This document shows positions 1-11,455 of a stretch of DNA of 64,000 bases, piece by piece. The notes beneath the pieces were generated by a model that made no database searches, was not told the origin of the DNA, and saw nothing but the letters and a program-made list of their open reading frames with translations. This DNA comes from Cyanophyceae cyanobacterium (GTDB lineage: Bacteria; Cyanobacteriota; Cyanobacteriia; Cyanobacteriales; JBHJGN01). The stretch covers positions 168,338 through 232,337 of the forward strand of contig JBHJGN010000029.1 of assembly GCA_050331735.1 (NCBI GenBank). The letters are read 5' to 3'. Each line of letters starts with the position of its first letter. Position 1 is the stretch's first letter. Both the position numbers and the translations under genes were made by a program.

Positions 1-1
1 T

Positions 2-703
2 GCCGGAACAACGGTAACAACGGTACAGCCGCGAGGAAAAGCAATGCTGATTCGCTTTGACAACGAACTGAGTATCTACAGCCACAATCAGCTTTACGGT
101 CAGTGGATTGTTCGCAACGCTTATTCTTATCCGGAGACTAATCGCCAATTACGTCTGGCGATTCACAATTCCCAAAAATCAGCGCTCCTCTACAGTGCTT
201 CGGATATTGAGGTGCTTAACGACGATGATATTGCCATGCACCCTTTCCTAAGCAAGCTTGGTCCCGATGTTCTCGCGCCATCAACAACAGTAGAACAGGT
301 CGAGCAACGCCTGCAAGACCAGCGCTTTGCTCGCCGACAGTTCACTTCTTTGCTTTTAGATCAGCATTTCTTGAGCGGATTGGGAAACTACCTGCGCAGC
401 GAAATCCTGTTTGTGGCAAGAATTCATCCCACTCAACGACCGATAGATTGTCTGCCTAAGCTCCCTCGCCTAGCGGCGGCAAGTCTTTCTGTTTCTCGGC
501 AATCCTACGAGACAGGAGGGATTACCAACGATCTCGAACAAGCGCGTCGGCTCAAGGAGCAAGGAGTTAAACGGGCCGAGTATCGTCACTGGGTTTTCAA
601 CCGCGCAGAGCGTCCGTGCTTTGCTTGTGACACTAAAATAGTCAAGGCGGTGTCGGGAGGACGGCGCTATTACTACTGTCCCTACTGTCAGTCAAAGACT
701 TAA
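2..703 (+). CDS. nei: Endonuclease VIII (Fpg/Nei DNA glycosylase/AP lyase), 5' end outside window
   Basis: Frame open from position 2 (..RGKAMLIRF..SHNQLYG.W); H2TH motif LLLDQHFLSGLGNYLRSEILF; C-terminal zinc finger CFAC...CPYCQ. Confidence 0.9.
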   Translation, partial: AGTTVTTVQPRGKAMLIRFDNELSIYSHNQLYGQWIVRNAYSYPETNRQLRLAIHNSQKSALLYSASDIEVLNDDDIAMHPFLSKLGPDVLAPSTTVEQVEQRLQDQRFARRQFTSLLLDQHFLSGLGNYLRSEILFVARIHPTQRPIDCLPKLPRLAAASLSVSRQSYETGGITNDLEQARRLKEQGVKRAEYRHWVFNRAERPCFACDTKIVKAVSGGRRYYYCPYCQSKT

Positions 704-740
704 TTCCAATTCTGAGAAGTAAGATTATAGATGCGTATTA

Positions 741-771
741 GGGGAAACGGGGAAAGGGTAAGGGGGAGAGG
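741..771. repeat. GGGGAAA-type heptamer tract
   Basis: ggggaaacggggaaaggggtaagggggagagg; similar tracts at about 13554-13580, 13795-13830 and 61940-61970. Confidence 0.7.
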
Positions 772-838
772 TCATTTTCTACCCGGAGCGCGTCTACCTT
801 GAAAAACGATATAACCTGCACTCATAGCGATTGTACGG

Positions 839-1531
839 ATGAAAAAAATCCTGATTGTTGTTCATCAAGCGACTTCTACCCCTGGTTTAGTGGGCAAGCT
901 GCTGCAAACGAGGGGCTATGAGTTGGATATCCGGAAACCAAGCTTGGGCGATCGCCTGCCAGAAACGATGGCTGAGCATGAAGCCGTGATTATTTTTGGC
1001 GGTCCGATGAGTGCCAATGACGATCGCACCCTGCCCCACATTCGTCAAGAACTGGACTGGATACCTGTTGCGCTTAACTCCAACAAACCGTTTCTGGGCA
1101 TTTGCCTAGGAGCACAACTGCTGGCACGAGTGCTCGGGGCTAAGGTCACTCCTCACCCAGAAGGCATGAGAGAAATTGGCTACTATCCAATTCGCACCAC
1201 GCCAGCCGGACAAGCGCAGTTTGATTCACTAAAGTACGTTTACCACTGGCACCAAGAAGGCTTTGATTTACCGAGCGGAGCCGTGGCTCTAGCGGAGGGA
1301 GAAACGTTTGCTAATCAAGCTTTTCGTTACGGGAAACGGGCCTACGGCTTTCAGTTCCATCCAGAAATGACGAGAGCCTTAATGAGGTTATGGATGTCAA
1401 AGGCCGCCGAGCAACTCAGCTTTCCTGGCGCACAGTCGCCGAGTCAACAGCTACAGCTTCAGGCACTCTATGGCAGACAAGGCAAACAGTGGCTCAAAGA
1501 ATTCCTAAGCACTTGGTTGAACGGTAGCTGA
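839..1531 (+). CDS. Class I glutamine amidotransferase-like protein
   Basis: FGGPMSAND, nucleophile elbow LGICLGAQLL, QFHPE (Cys-His-Glu triad). Confidence 0.9.
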   Translation: MKKILIVVHQATSTPGLVGKLLQTRGYELDIRKPSLGDRLPETMAEHEAVIIFGGPMSANDDRTLPHIRQELDWIPVALNSNKPFLGICLGAQLLARVLGAKVTPHPEGMREIGYYPIRTTPAGQAQFDSLKYVYHWHQEGFDLPSGAVALAEGETFANQAFRYGKRAYGFQFHPEMTRALMRLWMSKAAEQLSFPGAQSPSQQLQLQALYGRQGKQWLKEFLSTWLNGS

Positions 1532-1912
1532 GTCACTGGCGTATCTCCAATAGTCTAGACCAACCCCGTTTAAGTAATGACAATTAACGATTAACAATTA
1601 TTCCACCTAACCACTATTTATCCAGTGACGCCGCTTTTAAAACTCGACCTGTCGCTCATGTAACCGCATCACTCTTCAGCACATACGCTATCGGACAGAC
1701 ATTGCTCTAGAACCAATGGTAATTAGTGACCGTTTTTCTATCCTATGGAATATGCAGAAAGGAAGAAGCGCACTGTAGACTAGCTAACATTCTGGAAGAC
1801 TATTCATGCGTCTCGACTGCTGGCGAGCTGGTTAGCCGGTAGCTCAACAAATACTGCTTGGCTCAGTCGAGGTTCTCCTTCCTAGAAACTGTTGACAAGT
1901 AGTGACCGATCC

Positions 1913-4900
1913 ATGAGTGCTTCAACAGCAAAGGCAGACAACTTTTTTATTATTGGCATTGGGGCTTCTGCTGGTGGCGTTCAGGCGTTAGAGGCTTTCT
2001 TTAAGCATCTGCCCGATCACCCGAATGGAGCCTTTGTGGTGGTCCAGCATCTGTCACCCAGTCATAAAAGCATGATGACGGAAATCTTACAGCGCCGGAC
2101 GACGCTGCCTGTACAGGAAATTGCCAACAATATGAGGGTTGAGCCCGGTCATGTTTATGTCCTACCACCGGGCAAAAATCTCGTCCTCCAGAAACGCCAG
2201 TTTCGCCTTCAGAAACAGACCAATACGCTTGATTATCCCATCGACCAGTTTTTTCGCTCCCTCGCGCAGGGGTGGGGAGAACGAACGGTGGCGATTTTGC
2301 TGTCGGGAACGGGCAATGACGGAACGGAAGGACTCCAGGCAATTAGTCGCGTCGGCGGAGTGGCACTCGTCCAGTCGCCGGAAACGGCTCATTTCACGAG
2401 TATGCCGACCAGTCCGATTCCTTCTGGCTTAGTCGATGAAATCTTGTCTCCTCAAGACCTGGCTCAAACTGTCTACGAACTGATTCGCTATTCCGACAAC
2501 TTCCCGCAGCCGACTTCAGAAGAGGTCAATCTGATCGATCCGGCTCAGCTCCAGCAGATTTTAGATATCTTAGCAGAACGAGAAGAGATCGACTTTTCCC
2601 ACTACAAAGTCAGTACGCTCAGCCGTCGCATCTACCATCGCTGTGCTTTGACCAACAGCAGCGATTTAAACAGCTACATTGAGCAGCTCAAAAATTCCGA
2701 CGAAGAACAAAAACGGCTGCGTCAGGATTTATTAATCGGGGCCACCTGCTTTTTTCGCGATCCGCCAGCGTGGGAATTTCTCGAGGAGCAGGTATTGCCA
2801 CAGCTAATTGCGAGTATACAGCCCCAGCAGCAGCTACGAGTGTGGGTTTCGGCCTGTGCCACTGGAGAAGAAGCCTACTCCGTGGCGATTCTCATTGATG
2901 AGGCGATCGCCAAGGCGAAGAAACCCATGTCCGTAAAAATCTTTGCCACTGATTTGGATGCCGAAGCCCTCGAAGCGGCGGCCAGAGGAGTTTACCCAGA
3001 AAATATTGCCAGTCACGTTTCTCCGGAGCGATTGGAGAAATATTTTACTCGCACAAACGATGGCTATCAGGTCAAGCCATCCCTCAGAGAGATGTTGACG
3101 GTTGCTCCCCACGACCTGACCAAAAACGCTGGTTTTTCAAAAATGCAGCTAGTGAGCTGTCGTAACGTACTCATTTATATGCAGCCCCAGCTTCAGCAAC
3201 AGGTAATCCGCCTCCTTCAGTTTGCCCTAGCGTCCCAGGGTGTTCTTTTTCTCGGTCACTCGGAATCCCTCGGCGATTTTGCCGGAGACTTCACCACGCT
3301 AGAGCCGAAGTGGAAGATTTTCCGCAAGCGCCGAGAAGCACGGCTGTCGCTGATGCCCATTGCCCGACAGACGGTTGTGGCTCCCCTGCGACCCTCAACA
3401 CGAATCAAAAATCGCCTGAATACCCTAGAGCGTCAGCTTGGAGAAGTCTTTAAATATTGCTTAAACGAGCGGCAGATGACCTGTTTACTCGTCGATCACA
3501 ACAATCAACTGCTGCGCGTTTTTTACAACACCACTGGGTTGCTTCAGTTTCCAGTCGGAGAAGCCAATTTTGAGGTCACGGAGATCGTGCCAGCGGCGCT
3601 AAAGCTACCGCTCAGTACGGCGCTCCACCGAACGAAGCGAGATCGAGAAACCGTGCTCTACGCCGGAATTAAACTAGAGCGAGAGGGGCAAGAACAAAAC
3701 GTGAGCTTGCGAGTCGGACCCGACCGCAGCTCGGCGCTAGAAGATAGTTTCATCATTGTGATAGAAGTAGAAGTGCCGCCATCCCCAACCTCTGCTATTC
3801 AGTTAGATGTTGGCGAAGAAGCGTCGCAACAGATTAGCGAACTGGAGTACGAACTTCAGCAAACCCGCGAGAATTTGCAGGTCACCATTGAAGAACTAGA
3901 AACGAGCAACGAAGAGCAGCAGGCTACCAACGAAGAACTGCTCGCCTCTAATGAGGAGCTCCAAAGTACCAACGAAGAACTACAGTCGGTCAACGAGGAA
4001 CTTTACACCGTCAATGCTGAGTACCAGAGCAAAATCCAGGAATTGACCCAGCTCAATAGCGACATGGACAATTTGCTCCGCAGTACTGAAATTGGCGTAC
4101 TCTTTCTCGACGATCGCCTGAATATTCGCAAGTTTACGCCCGCCGTTACTCAAGTTGTCAACCTTAAGTCAGCGGATTTGGGTCGTCCTCTAGCCGATCT
4201 CACCAACAATCTCGATTGCCCCAATTTACTCGCCATGCTTCAGCAGACTCTCGATAGTGGAGAAGCTTCAGAGCAGGAAGTGAAAACTTCAGAGGGCGTG
4301 TTGCTGATGCGGATTAATCCTTATCTTGAAACCAACGATGGTCAAAATGGGGTTGTTGTAACGTTTATCAGTATTGACGAACAAAAAAACGTTCAGGAGC
4401 AACTCGATCGCTTAAACGCCATTTTAGAAAATATCTATGCAACCAGCCCAGCGGGTTTAAGCCTCTTCGATCAGAACCTGAGATACTCCAAGGTTAACCA
4501 GGCGTTAGCCGATATCAACGGTGTTTCGGTTGAAGAACATCTTGGTAAAACCGTCAGAGAAGTTTTGCCAGAGTTAGCAGAACGGATCGAGCCAATCTTG
4601 CAGCAGGTCATTGCTAGCGGTGAGCCGATTAAAAATATTGAAATTCGGGGCCGGACATCATCAGCTCCCGAGCAAGAGCGCTGCTGGACAGCAAGTTACT
4701 ACCCCGTCGATCTCCTGGACGACAAGCGAGGCGTGGGGGCGGTCGTGGTCGAAATGACTGAGCGCCTTCAGGCAGAAGAGGCGCTGCAACGCAGCGAGGC
4801 GAAGCTTTTAGAGGCACAACATCTCGCCGGACTCGGCAATTGGGAATTAACGGAGGAAGAATTTAAGTTGACCACGGCGCGACCAGTCTGGTCGAAGGAA

Positions 4901-6373
4901 CTGTATCGCATCTACGGATTTGACCCGCAACAGCCGCCTCCTATCTTGGCTCAACTGCTGGAGCACCACGCTCCAGACGACCGCGTACTGCTAGAAGGCG
5001 CGCTTGCCCGCCTTGTTGCCGAGGGAGCCTCCTTTCGCCTGGATGTCAAATTTCAGCGCCCGGATGGAGAGGAGCGCTACCTCAACATGACCGGACGAGG
5101 GATGCAGGACGAGCAGGGAGTGATCAAGATTTATGGAACCGTCACAGACATCACAGAGCGCAAGCAAGCTGAAGCCAGCCTGCTCCAGCAGAAACAGGCG
5201 TTGGAAGAAGCGATCGCCGTGGCTCAAGCTGCTGACTCTGCTAATCAGGCCAAGAGCGAGTTCCTGGCCAATATGAGCCACGAAATTCGTACGCCCCTCA
5301 ATTCGATGCTCGGTTTTTGCGAACTGCTGTCTCGAACTCAACTTAACCCCGTTCAATCCCAGTATTTGAAAACGATTCAAGCAAATGGCAAAAATCTCTT
5401 GACGGTCATTAGCGATATTCTCGATCTGTCTAAACTAGAAGCGAGGGAACTGCGGCTAGATCTGCGCGAGTTTGACGTTAGTAGTTTATCTCAGTCAGTT
5501 CTTAATTCCTTTGCTCCCCAAGCGGAAGCCAAAGGACTGAACTTAGTCTCTACAATCGCTGCGGATATTCCCCAACGCTCAGTTGGAGATGATTTTCGCC
5601 TTCAGCAAGTCCTTGGCAATCTGCTGAGCAACGCCATTAAATTCACTGAAACCGGGCAGATCGAGCTAGCCGTTTCAGTTGATCGCTCAGCACAGCAGCC
5701 CCGGCTGCGTTTTCGCATTCGAGATACAGGCATCGGCATTGCTGATGAGGAACAAGAAAAGTTATTTCAGCCCTTTACGCAAGCAGATGCCTCAATTACT
5801 CGTCAGTACGGCGGTACGGGCCTAGGATTAACCATTTGCCGGAGAATTGTGCAGTTAATGGGTGGCACGATTGGCGTAGACAGCACCCCAGGGGAAGGCT
5901 CGACGTTCTGGTTTGCGGTCCCCCTAATTTCGGCAGCAGAGGAGGCGGGGAAGAGCGATTTAAACCCATCCTCTACCTCAGCTCCTGCTCGTTTAGAGGA
6001 ATTAAGGGTGCTAGTGGTGGATGATCGCCCAGATGGACGGAACCTGATGCTCCTGTTGCTAGAGGATTTGGGCTGTCAGACTCATTGGGCGAGTGACGGT
6101 CAGGAGGCTCTCGCCCGTCTAGCTGAACGCGAGTACGATGTTGTGCTGATGGACTGTCAAATGCCCGTGATGGACGGGTATCAGGCGACGCGAAGGCTGC
6201 GCCAGCGGAACGGGCAGCACCAGCCAGTTGTGATCGGGCTCACGGCTCATGCCCTTGAGGGCGATCGCGAAAAGTGTTTGGCGGCGGGAATGGATGATTA
6301 TTTGAGTAAACCCATTGATATCGACCTCTTGGAACAGCGCCTCTTACAGTGGTCGGAAGCGCGCAGAAGCTAG
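1913..6373 (+). CDS. Hybrid CheB methylesterase-CheR methyltransferase-PAS-histidine kinase-receiver protein
   Basis: CheB motifs [13 protein letters not shown]; Che[28 protein letters not shown] coiled coil; PAS domains; H-box [16 protein letters not shown] boxes [23 protein letters not shown]; receiver [19 protein letters not shown] 1913 preferred over TTG 1892. Confidence 0.93.
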   Translation: MSASTAKADNFFIIGIGASAGGVQALEAFFKHLPDHPNGAFVVVQHLSPSHKSMMTEILQRRTTLPVQEIANNMRVEPGHVYVLPPGKNLVLQKRQFRLQKQTNTLDYPIDQFFRSLAQGWGERTVAILLSGTGNDGTEGLQAISRVGGVALVQSPETAHFTSMPTSPIPSGLVDEILSPQDLAQTVYELIRYSDNFPQPTSEEVNLIDPAQLQQILDILAEREEIDFSHYKVSTLSRRIYHRCALTNSSDLNSYIEQLKNSDEEQKRLRQDLLIGATCFFRDPPAWEFLEEQVLPQLIASIQPQQQLRVWVSACATGEEAYSVAILIDEAIAKAKKPMSVKIFATDLDAEALEAAARGVYPENIASHVSPERLEKYFTRTNDGYQVKPSLREMLTVAPHDLTKNAGFSKMQLVSCRNVLIYMQPQLQQQVIRLLQFALASQGVLFLGHSESLGDFAGDFTTLEPKWKIFRKRREARLSLMPIARQTVVAPLRPSTRIKNRLNTLERQLGEVFKYCLNERQMTCLLVDHNNQLLRVFYNTTGLLQFPVGEANFEVTEIVPAALKLPLSTALHRTKRDRETVLYAGIKLEREGQEQNVSLRVGPDRSSALEDSFIIVIEVEVPPSPTSAIQLDVGEEASQQISELEYELQQTRENLQVTIEELETSNEEQQATNEELLASNEELQSTNEELQSVNEELYTVNAEYQSKIQELTQLNSDMDNLLRSTEIGVLFLDDRLNIRKFTPAVTQVVNLKSADLGRPLADLTNNLDCPNLLAMLQQTLDSGEASEQEVKTSEGVLLMRINPYLETNDGQNGVVVTFISIDEQKNVQEQLDRLNAILENIYATSPAGLSLFDQNLRYSKVNQALADINGVSVEEHLGKTVREVLPELAERIEPILQQVIASGEPIKNIEIRGRTSSAPEQERCWTASYYPVDLLDDKRGVGAVVVEMTERLQAEEALQRSEAKLLEAQHLAGLGNWELTEEEFKLTTARPVWSKELYRIYGFDPQQPPPILAQLLEHHAPDDRVLLEGALARLVAEGASFRLDVKFQRPDGEERYLNMTGRGMQDEQGVIKIYGTVTDITERKQAEASLLQQKQALEEAIAVAQAADSANQAKSEFLANMSHEIRTPLNSMLGFCELLSRTQLNPVQSQYLKTIQANGKNLLTVISDILDLSKLEARELRLDLREFDVSSLSQSVLNSFAPQAEAKGLNLVSTIAADIPQRSVGDDFRLQQVLGNLLSNAIKFTETGQIELAVSVDRSAQQPRLRFRIRDTGIGIADEEQEKLFQPFTQADASITRQYGGTGLGLTICRRIVQLMGGTIGVDSTPGEGSTFWFAVPLISAAEEAGKSDLNPSSTSAPARLEELRVLVVDDRPDGRNLMLLLLEDLGCQTHWASDGQEALARLAEREYDVVLMDCQMPVMDGYQATRRLRQRNGQHQPVVIGLTAHALEGDREKCLAAGMDDYLSKPIDIDLLEQRLLQWSEARRS

Positions 6374-7314
6374 CGATGGGTTAAGACAATCTTGCCAACG
6401 GCATGACTTTTTTCGCTGTAGTCGTGGGCTTTAACAATTTCCGAGAGGGGATAAACCCGATCAATGACGGAGTGAACTTTGCCAGATTCAACGAGCTGCC
6501 GGAGTGCCTTGAGGTCGCGGTAGCTTGGTTGAGCCAACACCAATTTGGCCTTCTTACAGGGTAGCAAGGAGGATATCAAGGACGGAGCCAGATTGAGGGG
6601 AGTTGGGAGCGTAGAAATATAAATTCCTTGAGGGGTGAGTGCCTGTTCGCACTCAAAAAACGTTCGTTTGCCCACAGCATCGAAAATAATGTCGTACTCC
6701 TTAAGCAGTTGGGTAAAGTCTTGCTGAGAGTAATCGATAACGGCTTCAGCCCCCAAAGACTGCACGAGGTCGAAGTTTTTGGAGCTGCACACCGCCGTTA
6801 CTTGGGCAAACATCGCTTTGGCAATCTGCACGGCAAACGTCCCGACTCCGCCAGAAGCTCCATTAATGAGCACCTGCTGTCCGGGGCGCATCTGGCCTAA
6901 ATCGAGCAAGGACTGTAGCGCCGTGAGCGCCGCCACTGGAACCGCCGCCGCTTCCTCAAAGCTCATATTGCCAGGTTTAGGGGCCGTTCCTGACTCCGGA
7001 GCCGCAACATACTCTGCATAGGCTCCTCCGTCTAGCGGATTGACCATGCCGTACACCTCATCGCCCGGTTGAAACAGAGTCACCTCTGCGCCAACGGCTT
7101 CTACGACTCCCGCGAAATCGCAGCCGAGGATGAGGGGAAAGTCATAGCCCGACAGAAGCTGGAGGTCGCCTTTCCTAATCTTCCAATCTACCGGATTTAC
7201 GCTAGAGGCATACACTCTCACGAGGAGGCGGTTGGGGGCAAGTGCTGGCTGGTCTACGTCTCGGTACTGCAAGACATCGGAGAGACCGTATTGATTAATC
7301 GTGACGGCTTTCAT
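6370..7314 (-). CDS. NADP-dependent oxidoreductase, MDR/quinone reductase-like family
   Basis: [31 protein letters not shown]; likely start MKAVTINQ at 7314. Confidence 0.9.
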   Translation of the reverse strand: MKAVTINQYGLSDVLQYRDVDQPALAPNRLLVRVYASSVNPVDWKIRKGDLQLLSGYDFPLILGCDFAGVVEAVGAEVTLFQPGDEVYGMVNPLDGGAYAEYVAAPESGTAPKPGNMSFEEAAAVPVAALTALQSLLDLGQMRPGQQVLINGASGGVGTFAVQIAKAMFAQVTAVCSSKNFDLVQSLGAEAVIDYSQQDFTQLLKEYDIIFDAVGKRTFFECEQALTPQGIYISTLPTPLNLAPSLISSLLPCKKAKLVLAQPSYRDLKALRQLVESGKVHSVIDRVYPLSEIVKAHDYSEKSHAVGKIVLTHR

Positions 7315-7581
7315 CGCAGGTGGGATCGGCAGGAAGGTTTTCAATCATCTTAAGCGGATTCTGCCGTCATTTTAATGCCGAGAGGTGCGGCGATATTCGA
7401 TGCTGACAGTGGCAGCAGTACCGCAAATAGGCCGCTCTACGTCTGTTAACTCTAGCTCTGGGACTGCGCTAGTTCTTCCTCAGACAGAGGCCAAGGAGGA
7501 CCATCGCCTGCTGCCAGTCGGGGTCGAGGTTGAATAAAAATGAAGCAGTGATGATTTAAGTTTAACGGTGTCGGCAACGTC

Positions 7582-8331
7582 ATGTCCCAAATTCAACTAC
7601 TCGAAGAACTCTCCCTCAATGCTTGGCCTGCCCTCCAGCAAATCCTCTACGATGGCTGGCTACTCCGATTTGCGGAAGGATATACAAAACGCGCCAATTC
7701 GGTAAATGTCGTCTATCCGGGACGGCGAAATTTGCGAGAAAAAGTGACCAGGTGCGAACAAATTTATCGCCGTAAAAACCTTACGCCCATTTTTCGGATC
7801 ACTCCTTTAGCTCCCCCTGATTTAGATCGACTATTAGCGAACAGCGGCTACGGTAAACGAGATTTAGTGAGCGTTCGAGTGAGAGATTTAAGCGACGCTC
7901 AGTTCATCACGCCATCAAAGCAGGCATCATTTCACAGTGAAAACTGGTTGACCCAAGAATGGCTCGATCACTTCGTCCACATCAGTCATCTGCCGCTCAC
8001 CGAGTGGGAACTGCTCGCCGCTATTCTGCAAAACATTGCGGCTCAAACCTGCTTTGCGTTTTTGGTCAAGAATGCTCAAGTTGTCTCCTGCGGCATAGGA
8101 GTTCTCGAAAAACACTCCTTGGGACTGTTTGACATCATTACGGCTCAGTCTCAGCGGCGACAGGGCTATGCTCAGGAGCTGATTGCCGGAATGATAGCGT
8201 GGGGAAAAAACCACGGAGCTACTCAGGCTTATCTGCAAGTTGTAATGGAGAATAAACCAGCTCTGGAGCTGTATCGCCAGCTCGGATTCGAGGAAGTCTA
8301 TCAGTATTATTACCGAATTAAGCAGCAGTAA
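7582..8331 (+). CDS. GNAT family N-acetyltransferase
   Basis: N-terminal GWLLRFAEGYTKRANSV; motif A QRRQGYA; AYLQV..N..ALELY..LGF. Confidence 0.88.
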   Translation: MSQIQLLEELSLNAWPALQQILYDGWLLRFAEGYTKRANSVNVVYPGRRNLREKVTRCEQIYRRKNLTPIFRITPLAPPDLDRLLANSGYGKRDLVSVRVRDLSDAQFITPSKQASFHSENWLTQEWLDHFVHISHLPLTEWELLAAILQNIAAQTCFAFLVKNAQVVSCGIGVLEKHSLGLFDIITAQSQRRQGYAQELIAGMIAWGKNHGATQAYLQVVMENKPALELYRQLGFEEVYQYYYRIKQQ

Positions 8332-8458
8332 CTTGACCTGGATACCGGGCGATCGCTAGTTTGTTATCGGTTATAGTAAGCTGAGGGTAAGGAGTTGGTC
8401 ATCGATCAAGACTGCTTCCCACTGACCTAAGCTCAACTTCTCTAATTCTTGTCAACCA

Positions 8459-9352
8459 TCAACCATCTTGGGGATAATCTACAAGAGCAGATGGAGATAC
8501 TGAAAAAGTAATTTGAACGCGGATACGATTGTAGAGGAGTGCAATCTTCTGAAATACAGTTGAAAAAGGCTGAAAAAATTTTCGTCCCGAGCGCTCAATC
8601 TGACGCTGCTTCTCAAAATAGACAATCTTCGCCTCTGGCGTAGTTTGTCCTTTTCTAATTTTAGTTCTTTCGATGCGATCATCAAAGAAGTCTAAGCCAG
8701 CCATTTCGCTACGGTAAACGGGAAAATGACTTTTGCCCGCAGCTAAAGCCATAGCATAGGTTGGGTGTTTATGCATTCCCAAGGTATCAGCATAGATTGC
8801 CAGCTCCCCCCACGTCTTCAGAAAGTCATACTCTCGTCCTTCATCAGCCGTAACGACAAACAAAAACTCATTGATGAATTTCAATTCTGTAGATTTAAGC
8901 TCAACACCGACTCGGGCAGCCATTTTGTCAATGACTTGCTTTTTGTGCTGAAACTTAGGCGAGTCGGCATGTTTGTTCAATTGTTTGTTGAGATGTTCCT
9001 GTAAACTTCCACAGCTACGTGCCGTCAAGCCAGGAAGAAAATGAAGCGGAGGAACCGGAGCACAAATTCTGACATCGGCATCTAAGTACATGACGGAAGA
9101 AGCTCTAGAAAGAGCTTCCCAGATTACAAATCTTCTTTCGTGGTAAGGCATTACTCCTCGGCACGAATGTTTGACTGCCTGTACGTTCGGGCAGCCTTCG
9201 AATAGATGAGGTCTATCTGTATAAACAAGCAAGAGGAAACCTGGAGCGAATTCGTGTAAATCTTGAGCGAGAAGCTGTGCCATCAGATTATACTTCTCGC
9301 CAAAAGCAGATGTACAAAAACAAAGAGACGAGTTGGCTTTACTGTCTTCCAT
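8459..9352 (-). CDS. Hypothetical protein, putative GT-A glycosyltransferase-like
   Basis: 297-aa ORF with DxD motif (MYLDADVRI), last gene of a same-strand glycosyltransferase run. Confidence 0.55.
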   Translation of the reverse strand: MEDSKANSSLCFCTSAFGEKYNLMAQLLAQDLHEFAPGFLLLVYTDRPHLFEGCPNVQAVKHSCRGVMPYHERRFVIWEALSRASSVMYLDADVRICAPVPPLHFLPGLTARSCGSLQEHLNKQLNKHADSPKFQHKKQVIDKMAARVGVELKSTELKFINEFLFVVTADEGREYDFLKTWGELAIYADTLGMHKHPTYAMALAAGKSHFPVYRSEMAGLDFFDDRIERTKIRKGQTTPEAKIVYFEKQRQIERSGRKFFQPFSTVFQKIALLYNRIRVQITFSVSPSALVDYPQDG

Positions 9353-9481
9353 AAGGTAAGGGATATCGGCCCGCCAACTAGATGCAGGCGATTAATATTT
9401 CGTTTAAAGTTAAACACCAACGCTGCCATTTTATGCTGTTACTTTCTATCGGTCAAAAGTAAGCGAGAAACAGCGGTCGGG

Positions 9482-10324
9482 CTATAAGATTGGACCAAAT
9501 ATCTCCTCAGAAAGTTCATTGAGTTCTTTGTTTGCTAAGACCTTTAGCATGACTGGGTGATCTAAGTATTTTTGATATCGAAGCAGCACAGGCATTTGAC
9601 TTGCCTTACCATCATAAGCCGTTTTGTCAAAAGAACTACCCCGACCAACAGCAGAAACCGTATCAATGCCAGCATCTGTAAAAGATAACCCTAGAGATTG
9701 AGCAAGTTCCTGTCTATACTGCTTGTCGGTAAACCAGTAATTATAGTTGACAGAAACTCGATTTTGAAGGTAGCTCGATAACCCTAAGTATTCCTTGGCA
9801 TGGTCTATCCATTTTTGAATGACCGCATGGGGATCGTCGAGCTTTTCGCCTCGCTTAATCAAGCTAGCGAAAGTATTATAAGGATCTCGCAAGAGCAGAA
9901 GATCAAAGCAACGTTGGCTTTTTCCTAAAAATTTCGTTCGTTTTTCCTCAAACCACGAGCCAAGAACCTGACTCAGAGTATAATGCTCGTAACTATGAAT
10001 CAGTAAAGTCTTAAACTGTATTCTTAATTGTTCTCGATCTAGTTCTGGGCGGTTTCCTCCATAAATGTATGCAACATCAGGCTGTAGCGAATATTTGATG
10101 AAGCGGCGAAATTTAACGACGCCTTGATGATAAACAAGCGGATTAATTCCGCTGATGGTGGCTTCTGCAAAGCTTTTATAAGGATCTTTGTTCGTATAGA
10201 GTTTGACGTTGTTTAAATGAACAAAAGAGTCATTGTTTTGCTTAACAATCCAGTTTATAAGAGCATGATTGCCACTACGACGTAAACCAAAACAACTTAT
10301 TTCCCGATTATTAACGTAGCTCAT
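9482..10324 (-). CDS. Putative sulfotransferase-like protein
   Basis: 5'-PSB-like loop FGLRRSGNHA and 3'-PB-like LLRDPYN..AS. Confidence 0.6.
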   Translation of the reverse strand: MSYVNNREISCFGLRRSGNHALINWIVKQNNDSFVHLNNVKLYTNKDPYKSFAEATISGINPLVYHQGVVKFRRFIKYSLQPDVAYIYGGNRPELDREQLRIQFKTLLIHSYEHYTLSQVLGSWFEEKRTKFLGKSQRCFDLLLLRDPYNTFASLIKRGEKLDDPHAVIQKWIDHAKEYLGLSSYLQNRVSVNYNYWFTDKQYRQELAQSLGLSFTDAGIDTVSAVGRGSSFDKTAYDGKASQMPVLLRYQKYLDHPVMLKVLANKELNELSEEIFGPIL

Positions 10325-10521
10325 TGTCTAATTTTTATTGCCAGCTTGAGGTTGGTTAATTAAATTTTCTTGTATAATGCCTAATGAAACAGTGCCAAAA
10401 ACTATTCTCTTGTTAGACTCACAAACCTCTAAGTCAATAGCAGTTAATTGGTTTAAGATCATACTGACAGCCTTTACTCACCTGTCAATTAGTTTTACTG
10501 AAGTTTCTAAGAGGCTAGACA

Positions 10522-11445
10522 TCAATTATTGAAATCTAATGTGCTTTTAAGTTTTTCTTTAATTTGCTGCCATCGACTCGGTTTGGTTGTGAGTTCCCTA
10601 TCGGGTGGCGCTGAGGAATGAAGATAGCGGTAGTGCTTCCAAATATCCCAGTAAGGACAACCGGGATAAATTCGGATGCCTGCCCAATGGAGATATTGCA
10701 GAGGTTGATTCGTTTTTGGATCAATTAGAATGTTATCTTTCCTTTGAAAATGGTCACTGCCTGCCCAGCTACCGGGAGCTTTTCCAGGTCTGCGCACAAT
10801 GTTAAAGCGTCGTTTAATTCGCTTTAACACCAAATAATTGATAATTGGCTGGTCTGACGTTTTTTGAGAAAAGTCGAAGTATTCTGGATGAGCGGCACAT
10901 TCAGCAAATGATTCATAGAGTTCCGCTTCGGAAATGGCGTTTTTCTTCGAAGCCCAAAAGCCGCTGTTGAAAATATCGAGAAGATCGTCTTGGGTGAAAA
11001 GCTTTTCTTCAATGACTTTTGATGTAAAAACATTTTCAATGCCTCCAGTGTATTGATAATCGCAGCACAGAAAATCATAGTCTGTGAGGTAATTGAGATT
11101 GTCTACCAGTTTTTCAAAAACAACAACGTCTGTATCGATGTAGAGAAATTCATCAAATTCTCCTAACCAGCAGGCTAGCTTGCGTAGCTGATTAATGGGA
11201 CGAGCAAAAAAACCTTGGCCAAAAATATCGTTGAGCTTTTGAGATAGCCTTTCAATCACTTCTAAATCGGCATAAACTTTGACTCCGTAATCTTTTGCTA
11301 GCAGACGAGCTAGGTTTTCGTAGTGATCGTTGTAGGGAATCAAGACAATCGGGGTCTGCGGATCATACAGCCGAATGCTGTTCAGCAGGGCGATCGCCTG
11401 TTCGGTCACTTTGTCGTTGGCGGTAATATAAATTCCACGGCTCAT
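10522..11445 (-). CDS. GT-A fold (GT8-like) glycosyltransferase, cyanobacterial Npun_R2821/R2822-like family
   Basis: GIYITAND..IALLNSI, FLYIDTD (DxD), FNSGF, DQPIINY, YLHWAG; paralog of the adjacent gene. Confidence 0.75.
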   Translation of the reverse strand: MSRGIYITANDKVTEQAIALLNSIRLYDPQTPIVLIPYNDHYENLARLLAKDYGVKVYADLEVIERLSQKLNDIFGQGFFARPINQLRKLACWLGEFDEFLYIDTDVVVFEKLVDNLNYLTDYDFLCCDYQYTGGIENVFTSKVIEEKLFTQDDLLDIFNSGFWASKKNAISEAELYESFAECAAHPEYFDFSQKTSDQPIINYLVLKRIKRRFNIVRRPGKAPGSWAGSDHFQRKDNILIDPKTNQPLQYLHWAGIRIYPGCPYWDIWKHYRYLHSSAPPDRELTTKPSRWQQIKEKLKSTLDFNN

Positions 11446-11455
11446 GATTGACTCC

